Source of the DNA: Anaerohalosphaeraceae bacterium
GTDB lineage: Bacteria; Planctomycetota; Phycisphaerae; Sedimentisphaerales; Anaerohalosphaeraceae
Direction: 5' to 3'
Assembly (NCBI GenBank): GCA_963675525.2
Contig: CAXXSL010000002.1
Span: 1 to 64,000, forward strand
DNA length: 64,000 nt
The notes beneath the pieces are model-generated. The model searched no databases, was not told the DNA's origin, and saw nothing but the letters and a program-made list of their open reading frames with translations. Shown here piece after piece: positions 1 through 8,693 of the stretch. Both the position numbers and the translations under genes were made by a program. The first letter of the stretch is position 1. Each line of letters opens with the position of its first letter.

Positions 1-122
1 GGCGGGATGCTTTTGCGATGATCGGAGTCGACCCGGTTCTGACCGACAGCACTCATGCAGCAATACGAGCCGAGCTGATCAAGCGATTCGGCGATAAACT
101 CGGGCTGGTGGATGTGGGCTGA
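1..122 (+). CDS. 3' end of a CDS running in from the left edge (product unknown)
   Basis: Frame 3 is open from the edge: RDAFAMIGVDPVLTDSTHAAIRAELIKRFGDKLGLVDVG*, TGA at 120-122. Confidence 0.4.
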   Translation, partial: RDAFAMIGVDPVLTDSTHAAIRAELIKRFGDKLGLVDVG

Positions 123-211
123 GTAAATTGGTAAAAATAGATTGCATAAGAGGGGTTTATTTGTACTATTGAGTCAAAGCGGTGTGTATGATGATGAATC
201 AGGATCGATGC

Positions 212-1150
212 ATGGAATTAGAAATTAACAAAATCGCGGTGCTCATTCCCTGTTATAATGAGGAAAAAACGATCGGCAAAGTGATTCGGGATTTTCGGAA
301 AGAACTTCCGAAAGCGGAGATCTATGTTTTTGATAACAATTCCGCTGACAACTCGGCCGAAATCGCCACGCAGGAAGGCGCGGTTGTTATTTTGGAGCCG
401 CGGCAGGGGAAGGGTTTCGTTGTTGAAAAGATGCTCTGTACGGTGGATGCGGATCTCTATGTGATGGTTGACGGAGACGATACCTATCCGGCCGAATGTG
501 TTCACAGCCTGATCGATCCGGTCAAACGCGGTCAGGCGGATATGACCGTGGGCAGCCGGTTTTCACAGTACGAAGACACGTCTTTCCGCAATCTTCACTT
601 ATTTGGAAACCGGCTGGTGAAATTCTGTATCAACCGGATTATGAACGCTGACCTTAAAGATATTCTCAGCGGGTACAGGGTGTTTAGCAGAACCCTTGCC
701 GAAAGCATTCCGACGGTTTCTTCCGGCTTTGAAATTGAAACGGAATTAACGATCCAGACGCTGTATTACCAGCGTAAGATCGTTGAAGTTGAAATTCCGT
801 ATCGCGCCCGGCCGGCGGGCAGCGAAAGCAAGCTCAATACATTCAGTGACGGCTTCCGGGTATTGTGGAAGCTCTTCAGTCTTTTCCGTTCCCTTAAACC
901 TCTTACCTTTTTCGGCGGGATCGGGGGGTGTCTTTTTGTGCTGAGTTTGTTGGTTGGCTGGCTGCCGGTCAGGGATTACCTGGTGAATCCGGATCATTAT
1001 GTTGAGCATGTGCCGTCAGCGATTCTTGCGGCGGGCTTGATGATGCTGTCTTTTCTGTTTATGTTTACGGGACTGCAGCTGCATATGATCAACCAGCGAT
1101 TCCGTGAACTGCATAATGTGTTAGTTCGCAATCGACAAGCCCCGCGATGA
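212..1150 (+). CDS. GT2 glycosyltransferase, DPM1/polyprenol-phosphate sugar synthase-like, with two C-terminal TM helices
   Basis: LIPCYNEE, DNNSAD, GKG, VDGDDTY (DxD), SGYR, GFEIETE and YRAR..GESK motifs; ORF opens at 182, ATG 212 preferred. Confidence 0.9.
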   Translation: MELEINKIAVLIPCYNEEKTIGKVIRDFRKELPKAEIYVFDNNSADNSAEIATQEGAVVILEPRQGKGFVVEKMLCTVDADLYVMVDGDDTYPAECVHSLIDPVKRGQADMTVGSRFSQYEDTSFRNLHLFGNRLVKFCINRIMNADLKDILSGYRVFSRTLAESIPTVSSGFEIETELTIQTLYYQRKIVEVEIPYRARPAGSESKLNTFSDGFRVLWKLFSLFRSLKPLTFFGGIGGCLFVLSLLVGWLPVRDYLVNPDHYVEHVPSAILAAGLMMLSFLFMFTGLQLHMINQRFRELHNVLVRNRQAPR

Positions 1151-1163
1151 AAGGGAGGCGTTC

Positions 1164-1856
1164 ATGAAACGGGAACACACCAACATCATCCGCCTTATTC
1201 TTGAAGACTGCATCCCGCCTGCTGTCCGTGATCTGTCCCTGCTCAATCGTCTATTTTCATGGCTGTCGGGTATTGATCTTAAAAAATGCCGTCAACTTCG
1301 AGAGAGCATCCCGACGCTGACGCCGGAACAACTCAATGACTTTTATAAAGATTTCCCCCGCATTCAGGACCAAACCGATAACTCCCAGCAATGCATCAAA
1401 CAGATCATTGATAATGTCACCGGTCGAACCGTCTGCGATATCGGCTGTGGTACAGGACATCTACTAAGCTGTGTCAGCAAGTTGGACGCTATTGAAACGT
1501 TGGTCGGCGTTGATTTTTCCGAACACCCCGAGTGGAAATCGCAGGAGAAGATCGAATTTCTTAAACATGACATATTCAACCTGCCCTTCGAGGGCGGTCG
1601 TTTTGACACGGTTATCAGCACGCACACGCTGGAGCATGTGCTGGACATTCCGGCCGCCATCCAAGAGTTAAGGCGAATATGCAGTCAACGATTAATCATC
1701 GTCGTTCCGCGCGAAAGAGAATCCATCTGGTCGTTCAATCCTCACTTTCACTATTTCCCCTACGAGCATTCGTTCCTGAAGTTTCTGCTGCCGCTGCCAA
1801 AGCAATGGCAGATCAAACGAATCGGCAGAGATTATCTTTATATCGAGAATCGTTAA
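1164..1856 (+). CDS. Class I SAM-dependent methyltransferase (Methyltransf_11-like)
   Basis: CDIGCGTG motif I, GVDFS, LPFEGGRFDTV, HTLEHV; AGGGAGG RBS. Confidence 0.85.
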   Translation: MKREHTNIIRLILEDCIPPAVRDLSLLNRLFSWLSGIDLKKCRQLRESIPTLTPEQLNDFYKDFPRIQDQTDNSQQCIKQIIDNVTGRTVCDIGCGTGHLLSCVSKLDAIETLVGVDFSEHPEWKSQEKIEFLKHDIFNLPFEGGRFDTVISTHTLEHVLDIPAAIQELRRICSQRLIIVVPRERESIWSFNPHFHYFPYEHSFLKFLLPLPKQWQIKRIGRDYLYIENR

Positions 1857-1873
1857 CCAACTGCGGAAATGGT

Positions 1874-3692
1874 TTACGGGCTTGGTACGTTTTCGAGATC
1901 CAGCCGGTAGAGATTAATGTATCGCCGCTGGTTGGCCGCGATCCGCGTGATAAAATGAAAAGGGCCGATATCTTTGCCGCTGCCCAGTGGATGGATTTTT
2001 CTCAAGCCCCAGCTTTTATAGTAATCGTCCCCGACCGCAAAGCCCAGCCGTGAATCCCACGCGACGTACCGGACCTGCCGCTGTTTGCAGCTTTGGGCGA
2101 ACTCGGCCAGATTGGTTCCGGCGATGCCGTTGGTGTGAATCGCATTTTTTTTTGCCCTCGGGCAGGAACAAATTCATTACTCCCGGCAGGGTCGCCACCA
2201 GTTTTTCAGTACCATCGGTGTTTTTAAGATACCATTCGGCCGTTTTTCGAAACTCAATATCCAGATCGCCTTGCCCCAGCCGAAAGCTCAGGGCAAACTG
2301 ATTGGAGACGATCACCAATGCCAAGACAACAAGCAGGCAGACATCCCTCACGGCACCCCGGCCGCGAAAGATAAATTGTTTGACGGCCAGCCCAATTACC
2401 AATAGCAGCAGACTCGCATAGACGACGCCGCCTGAAGCGGCACTGATCTTTGCCGTCTGTGAAATCGCCGGCCACAATTGAACTGTCCACAGCACGGCAA
2501 TGACCGCCCCGATTACTGCAGCAGTTGTCAGAATCCCGTGCGGCAGGCGGTCGTTTAGAAAGCTTATGACAGTACCGATACCGAAAGCGGCTGTCAGCAG
2601 CGTCAGCCAGACCACCGGCACTGTGTAGCGGTCGATCAGGACACTTTGGCTCATGTGGATACACACATAGCCGGCCCAGAACAAAAGAATCCCCAGAAAC
2701 CGCCATTGCTTTTTCAGGAAAACACCGACAACCCCCCAAACAAAATAAAGCCGCTGTTACACTATTCCAAACGACCGCAAAGAGACTCTTATGTGCCTGG
2801 ATGGCTTCGGCGGCCTGCTGTGTGGACGGTCGTTCGAGAAGCATCGCACGGATATATTCGGGCCACTGCAGCAGCGATGAAAATGAGGTTGTCCACAGCA
2901 TTTTCAACAGATCAAATCCGTTACGGTGCTGCACATCCAAAAAGTGCTTGAAGTAAGTACTGTCAGGATTCGTTGTTGTCAGCTTGGTCCCGACCATCCA
3001 GATCACCATCGGCACGGCTGCGGCAAAGGCAACTCCTGCTGCTGTCAGCTTTTGGCGTTTGGATGTGCGGCCAAACAGGTCGAACAGCAGTGCAATGCCG
3101 ATGAGCCCGAAGCATTCGTAGCGTGTCATCGAGGCCAGCATCGCCGCCAGATAGCACCACCGTGAGCGACTGAAAATCAGGTACAGTGTCAGCATAATAA
3201 AAAAGACAATAGCGGTCTCGGCGATGGGGTCGACGACCATTACCAGTGCAAAGGGATTGGCCGCGGCGATAAGAGCCAGGCAAAAAGCCCCGATGGGAGC
3301 GATAAAGAAGCGGGCGATCTTGTAGAACAGCAGAATGCTGAGGGTATAGAGGATGCCGTTGAGGACCAGCGACCCGGTCAGGACCGGATGCGGGCTGGTG
3401 AACATGAATTGGCCGGCGGCGAGCTGCAGGATGCCCAGCATCGGCACCCGCTTAAAGCTGGTGGGCATCTGAAAATGCAGGATGTCGCTGCCGGTTCGAA
3501 ACAAAAGGCCGTAAAATCGGAGTTGGGTACCGCCTTTTGGCCAAAATAAACGATTGCCAGATAAATGCCCACGGCCAGAAGCGTTCCCATGAACACCCAT
3601 TCGGTTCGCTTGAGCTGATCTGCCGGATCGATCAAACTGTTAGCGGAACAAGACCGCTTTCTAAATGCCCGATTATTCTTTTTGGCACACAT
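1874..3692 (-). pseudogene. Multi-TM GT-C-fold (PMT/ArnT-like) membrane glycosyltransferase, split by about 3 frameshifts (possibly sequencing errors)
   Basis: Joins ORFs 3378..3764, 2254..3600, 2016..2684 and a terminal frame ending ...YRLDLENVPSP* (stop 1874-1876). Shifts near 3505, 2735 (C run) and 2150 (T run). Motifs PNSDF, KRVPML, ASMTRYE. Confidence 0.65.
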
Positions 3693-3795
3693 GGTGGTAC
3701 TATACCCGCCACCAAAGCAGTAAGTGAAGAAAAATCTCAGTACACTTGTCAAGTGTATGAACAACTCTTCACTACTACCTTTTATTGTTGGACTT

Positions 3796-4491
3796 CTATT
3801 TCTTTCTCTTTAATAACAGGCTGCCGAGACCCATAATCATAAGCATGCTGGGTTCGGGGACCAGCGTAACGCTTACATTGTCCATACCCCAGCTTTCATC
3901 TGAAAGCCCCTGCAAATTAATTGCGGAAAAGTCCAAAATTAAAGAGCTGTCTATATGAGGAAAAGAAAAGCTGAGGTTATAGACAGAATCCTGTACACGG
4001 GTTACCAAGGGGTGTATAAAACCCAATGTGTTAATTTCCGCGGCCCCCGTAAATCCTTGATAAACTCCGTCGGGATAATTATCAGGATAAGACTGATAAT
4101 CATTTGGCGTTGTGCCGGTGCTGTTGCTGAATGTCGCATAGAGCAGCGAACCACCATTGCGAACCCCTAAGCTCCAGATGTCGGGCCCCATATATTCACC
4201 TGCATAGTATGAGGGGTCATTGCCATCCCATGATCGAATAATAAACAAATCAAAACTAAGCGTGACCGAAGAGTGCTCATCCAGATCAGATAGGCTAAGA
4301 GAAACAGTACCATTGCCAAACTGACCTAAGAATGAACGATTCCCAATCGGTGTAGTGTCTGTACTTGTGTGTGACCATTCTGGGCCGACAGAACTTTCGA
4401 AATCATTAAAATAATTTGCCCACAGTGCAGACTGTAAAAGAGCCAAAACAGTTAATAGAACGACAGATTTGAGTAATTGAAGTCTTTTCAT
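3796..4491 (-). CDS. PEP-CTERM sorting-domain surface protein
   Basis: Signal peptide; C-terminal VPEPS + hydrophobic helix + KRKK; GGAGAGGA RBS. Confidence 0.9.
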   Translation of the reverse strand: MKRLQLLKSVVLLTVLALLQSALWANYFNDFESSVGPEWSHTSTDTTPIGNRSFLGQFGNGTVSLSLSDLDEHSSVTLSFDLFIIRSWDGNDPSYYAGEYMGPDIWSLGVRNGGSLLYATFSNSTGTTPNDYQSYPDNYPDGVYQGFTGAAEINTLGFIHPLVTRVQDSVYNLSFSFPHIDSSLILDFSAINLQGLSDESWGMDNVSVTLVPEPSMLMIMGLGSLLLKRKK

Positions 4492-4686
4492 CTTTCCTTC
4501 CTCTCCAAAAAAGTTGATTCAAATGGTTAGTTAAAAAACACTACAAAGTATTGTCCGCAAATATACTTTTTCGTTACACAAAAAAGATATATTTGTGATA
4601 AAATAAAATCGTAGAATTTCAACCTTGGTGAATCGGAAATTTCGTTGAGACGTCCTTTTCTGCAATCCTCCTCCGTCACCAATAGT

Positions 4687-4715
4687 ATATTACATAAAGG
4701 GATTGTCGATGTCAA
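4687..4715 (-). promoter_or_regulatory. Sigma70-type promoter for the PEP-CTERM gene
   Basis: TTGACA (4715-4710), 17 bp spacer, TAATAT (4692-4687). Confidence 0.55.
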
Positions 4716-4877
4716 GAGTATTTATCGGATTATGCGGGATAGCCGCGGCTTGATATGGTCTAAAATAATATGCTGGAAATTCGGGATAAAAACGGTTAAA
4801 TGACACTGTAAAGGAAGTCGTTCAGATAAGGTCCGGATTCGTTGAGTTATTTTTAACTGGCTTTAAAAGAAGAAGAT

Positions 4878-6668
4878 ATGAAACTTTCTTATAAAAACAA
4901 GACCCTTGAGCATTCCGTGATAGGCGTAAATTTTCTGGCCATGGCTATGGTCATTTCGACCTTTGTGATGTTGTATGGTTTTGACCGTCCGGTTTTGCCG
5001 GCGGCACTGCTGCACGGCATCCAGATCGTCATGGTGTTCGTCTTTTTAGCCGAAAAAATGGTCCGTTTTTTTAACGCCGAAAGCAAACTGGAATTCCTCA
5101 AAGTCAACTGGTTCGAGATTCCGCTGGTCATTATGCTGCTGGCGGTCTTTATCGGTGCGGGCCGGTGGTTCGCACTGGGCATCCGTTGGGAGATGATCCT
5201 GCTGTCGGTTTCGGCCTACCTGGTGCTGCAGGCGATTTCCAAGGTTTGCCTGGGGATGGTTTTGCTGGCGTCTTCCGGCCGCAATCCTACGCAGGTATTG
5301 ATCGTTCTGTTTGTGGTTTTGATCTGCGCGGGGGCGGGAATGCTGATGCTGCCCCGGGCGCATAACCTTGAGTCCATGAGCGTGACGGATGCGTTCTTTA
5401 CTGCGACCAGCGCGACCTGTGTGACGGGGTTGATCGTGGTGGAAAATACCGGGAGTGATTTTACGCAGATGGGGCAGGTTATTATTTTGACGCTGATCCA
5501 GTTGGGCGGTTTGGGGATCGTGATCTTCGGGGCAGTGCTGGCGCTGATGCTGGGGCAGGCCTTGAGCGTGAAGGAATCGCTGGCGATGCAGGATATTCTG
5601 AATGCCCAGACGCTGCACAGTATTCGCTTAATGATCGGATTTATTTTTCTCACCACGCTGGTGATCGAGGGAATTGGTGCGGTGATGCTTTACCCGATGT
5701 GGGATAATATCCCGGGCGCGGTGGACGGACCCCAGCGATGGTATTTCAGCATTTTCCATTCGGTCAGTGCATTTTGCAATGCGGGTTTCAGCTTGTTTGA
5801 AAAGAGCCTGATCGATTATAACGGTTCGGCAGGGGTCTATACGGTTTTGGCGCCGCTGATCATTTTGGGCGGGCTGGGCTTTGGTGTGATGTATAACCTG
5901 ACCCATGTCGCGACCGATCGTGTTAGACGCTTTTTTAAGCGACGGTTTTCGCCGGAATCGGTGTTCAGCATGGGCATTCCGGAGCGGCTTTCACTGCAGA
6001 CCAAGATCGTGCTGGCCATGAGCGTGATCCTGATCGTTGTCGGGGCGGCTCTCTTGATGCTGTTTGAGCATTTCTCGCCGCAGGCCGATCACGACAGCCG
6101 GTTTAAGATCGCCCTGTTCCAGTCGATCACGGCTCGCACCGCGGGCTTTAATACCATTGAGATCGGTCAACTGGCCGAAGGCAGCAAGCTGGTATTGATC
6201 CTGCTGATGTTTATCGGCGGTTCGCCCGGCTCAACGGCGGGCGGTATCAAAACCGTGACACTGGCGATCGTGGTGATGGTGCTATATGCGACGCTGCGCA
6301 AACGCCGGGAAGTGGAGATGTTCAAGCGGTCGGTTCGCCTGGCGGTGGTGGGTCGGGCGATGACGGTGCTGTTGTTGTTTGTGGTGCTTTTGATCGTGAC
6401 CAGTTTCCTGCTGGTGCTGACCGAACGGGAGCATTGCGGCCCCGGAGGGTGGTCCTTGCTGGATTTGGCGTTTGAAGCGGGGTCTGCACTGGGGACAGTG
6501 GGCCTGACGACGGGAGTGACCCCGACTTTGACAACGGCGGGCAAATGGATTATTATTGTGACCATGCTGGTCGGCAGGCTGGGGCCGCTGACGCTGCTGG
6601 CGGGACTGACCTTCAACCTGAAGCCGGCCAGTTATGATTATCCGTCCGAGCCGGTGATGGTAGGGTAA
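4878..6668 (+). CDS. ktrB: Trk/Ktr potassium uptake membrane subunit (KtrB/TrkH family) with extra N-terminal TM segments
   Basis: Selectivity-filter motifs SATCVTGL, SAFCNAGF, TARTAGF, SALGTVGL; IGGSPGSTAGGIK. Confidence 0.9.
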   Translation: MKLSYKNKTLEHSVIGVNFLAMAMVISTFVMLYGFDRPVLPAALLHGIQIVMVFVFLAEKMVRFFNAESKLEFLKVNWFEIPLVIMLLAVFIGAGRWFALGIRWEMILLSVSAYLVLQAISKVCLGMVLLASSGRNPTQVLIVLFVVLICAGAGMLMLPRAHNLESMSVTDAFFTATSATCVTGLIVVENTGSDFTQMGQVIILTLIQLGGLGIVIFGAVLALMLGQALSVKESLAMQDILNAQTLHSIRLMIGFIFLTTLVIEGIGAVMLYPMWDNIPGAVDGPQRWYFSIFHSVSAFCNAGFSLFEKSLIDYNGSAGVYTVLAPLIILGGLGFGVMYNLTHVATDRVRRFFKRRFSPESVFSMGIPERLSLQTKIVLAMSVILIVVGAALLMLFEHFSPQADHDSRFKIALFQSITARTAGFNTIEIGQLAEGSKLVLILLMFIGGSPGSTAGGIKTVTLAIVVMVLYATLRKRREVEMFKRSVRLAVVGRAMTVLLLFVVLLIVTSFLLVLTEREHCGPGGWSLLDLAFEAGSALGTVGLTTGVTPTLTTAGKWIIIVTMLVGRLGPLTLLAGLTFNLKPASYDYPSEPVMVG

Positions 6669-6671
6669 GGA

Positions 6672-6735
6672 AAATCAAAGATCAAATATTAAAAAGTAAA
6701 AATGCGGACGGCCCTGCGGGCCGGACTTTCTTAAT
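6672..6735 (+). repeat. Degenerate 7-bp tandem run followed by a GC hairpin
   Basis: AAATCAA AGATCAA ATATTAA AAAGTAA, then GGCCC-TGC-GGGCC. Confidence 0.45.
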
Positions 6736-6752
6736 ATTTAAACGGAGTGATT

Positions 6753-7433
6753 ATGAAACGGTTTGCGGTGATAGGACTGGGGCGTTTTGGAAAAAAACTG
6801 GCGATCGCCTTATCGATGAGCAGCGCCGAAGTGATCGCGATCGACAAAGATCGTATGATCGTCGAAGACATTCGCGACCAGGTCACGCTCGCGGTACGAC
6901 TGGACAGTACGGACGAAGAAGCCCTGAAGGCACAGGGTGTTGACAAGGTGGACGTGGCGATCGTCGGAATGGGCGAACGCGGGCGGGCGTTTGAGTCGGC
7001 AATCCTGACGGTTGTGAACCTCAAAGACATGGGTGTTCCGCTGATTTACGCGCGGGCGGCCAATCTGACCGCCGGACAGGTATTTGGCGCGGTCGGGGCG
7101 ACGGATGTCATCTACCCCGAAATCGAAACCGCTCAGCGATGGGCGTATAAGCTTATTGCGCCGCACATTGAGGAAAAGATCGACTTTGCTCCGGGCTATA
7201 GTCTGGCTCGCGTCAAGGCGCCGGCCAGCTTCCACGAAAAGACCGTCATGGATCTGCAGCTTCGCCAGAAATATAACGTCAATCTCGTCGCCATCAAACG
7301 CGCCGACCATACCGCAGAGGATAAAGGCGACGGCATTGTCAACGTGCCGATGCCCAGTACGGTGATCTATGCCGATGATATTCTCATGGTCGCCGGCTCG
7401 GACCTGGACCTGGGCAAATTGCCGCGGGAATAA
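6753..7433 (+). CDS. ktrA: Ktr/Trk NAD-binding regulatory subunit (RCK_N + RCK_C)
   Basis: FAVIGLGRFG Rossmann motif; LRQKYNVNLVAIKR RCK-C; directly follows ktrB. Confidence 0.9.
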   Translation: MKRFAVIGLGRFGKKLAIALSMSSAEVIAIDKDRMIVEDIRDQVTLAVRLDSTDEEALKAQGVDKVDVAIVGMGERGRAFESAILTVVNLKDMGVPLIYARAANLTAGQVFGAVGATDVIYPEIETAQRWAYKLIAPHIEEKIDFAPGYSLARVKAPASFHEKTVMDLQLRQKYNVNLVAIKRADHTAEDKGDGIVNVPMPSTVIYADDILMVAGSDLDLGKLPRE

Positions 7434-7557
7434 AAATAGTTTTTAGTTATTAGTTAGCATATTGATCAAGTTATGCCTGGCCGGTCACATTCTTAATGGA
7501 ATACCAGTCCAGCTTCATTAGGCTGCATCACTCTTATAAAATTATAACGTTAATAAA

Positions 7558-8406
7558 ATGCAACATCAGAAAATATTTGTATCGGATCTGGACGGGACGC
7601 TGCTGGGGGCCGGTGGGGTTTTGTCGGATTTCAGTCGGGGGAAATTGACCGAATTGCTCAATGCGGGTTTGCATTTTACGGTTGCCAGTGCGCGGGCGTG
7701 GGGTGAGATCGTGCCGGTGCTGGGGGATTTGCCTTTAACGTTGCCGGTGATCGCGATCAACGGGGCGTTTATCACTGAATATGCGACGGGCAGGCATCTG
7801 GTGATCAACAATATCGCCAATGATTTTTCCGAAATAATTTATCAGCATATTCTTGGAGCCCAGTTGCTGCCGTTTATTGTGACACACAACGGCACGGAAG
7901 ACTGCCTGTACTGGCAGGATTTGAAAAACGAGCAGATGCAATGGTATCATGATATTCTGCATGTGCATAAAGATAAGCGCATCCGGCGGATTGAGGATTT
8001 AAAACATGCGTTAGCTGAAAAAGTGATCGCGTTTGCGGTGATGGGGCCGCGGGAGCATGTTACGGCGTTGTCGGAGTTGCTGGCGTCTGAATACCCGGGC
8101 CTTCTGGAAAACTTTTTGTTTGAAAATCCCTACGGCCCGGGGCACTGGTGGCTGACGATCCATGACCAGCGGGCGTGCAAGTCGAAAGGTATTGGGTCGC
8201 TGGTGGAAATGACCGGCCACACGCTGGAAAATCTGACGGTTTTCGGCGACCACATCAACGATATCAAGATGCTGCAACTGGCGGGAACCGGCGTCGCGGT
8301 GGCCAATGCCGAAGATAAGTTAAAACAAAGCGCTGATGAAATCATCGGTTTCAATACTGAGAATGCGGTTGTCCGGTATATTGAAAGCGCGGTTTCTGTT
8401 CCGTAA
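7558..8406 (+). CDS. Cof-type HAD-IIB hydrolase
   Basis: SDLDGTLL, ASAR, NGA, SKG, FGDHINDIKM..GVAVANA. Confidence 0.9.
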   Translation: MQHQKIFVSDLDGTLLGAGGVLSDFSRGKLTELLNAGLHFTVASARAWGEIVPVLGDLPLTLPVIAINGAFITEYATGRHLVINNIANDFSEIIYQHILGAQLLPFIVTHNGTEDCLYWQDLKNEQMQWYHDILHVHKDKRIRRIEDLKHALAEKVIAFAVMGPREHVTALSELLASEYPGLLENFLFENPYGPGHWWLTIHDQRACKSKGIGSLVEMTGHTLENLTVFGDHINDIKMLQLAGTGVAVANAEDKLKQSADEIIGFNTENAVVRYIESAVSVP

Positions 8407-8693
8407 ATTTTCATACCATCCGTTTTGAAATTCATCACGCCCAAGAAGGGCTGCATTTACGGATTCTTATTCCCCGATTGTATTAAATTCTTCTGTGTGA
8501 AACGTATTTACAAAAACAATAAAAATTAATCTACATTGGCTCTAATTGCCGAAAGCTATGCAATTAGGTGTTTGGGCATCGGTCCGATAAGTTAAAAAAA
8601 AAGATAACCCAAAAGGTTAAGCACTTGATGCCAGTTTTCGAAAAACCCTATATTGGTATCTGGTAAACTCAGTGTAAATGTAAGGAAGAAAAA

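Noticed and set aside
4716..4877. Possible c-di-AMP (ydaO) riboswitch upstream of ktrB
   Set aside because: I could not find its conserved motifs by eye
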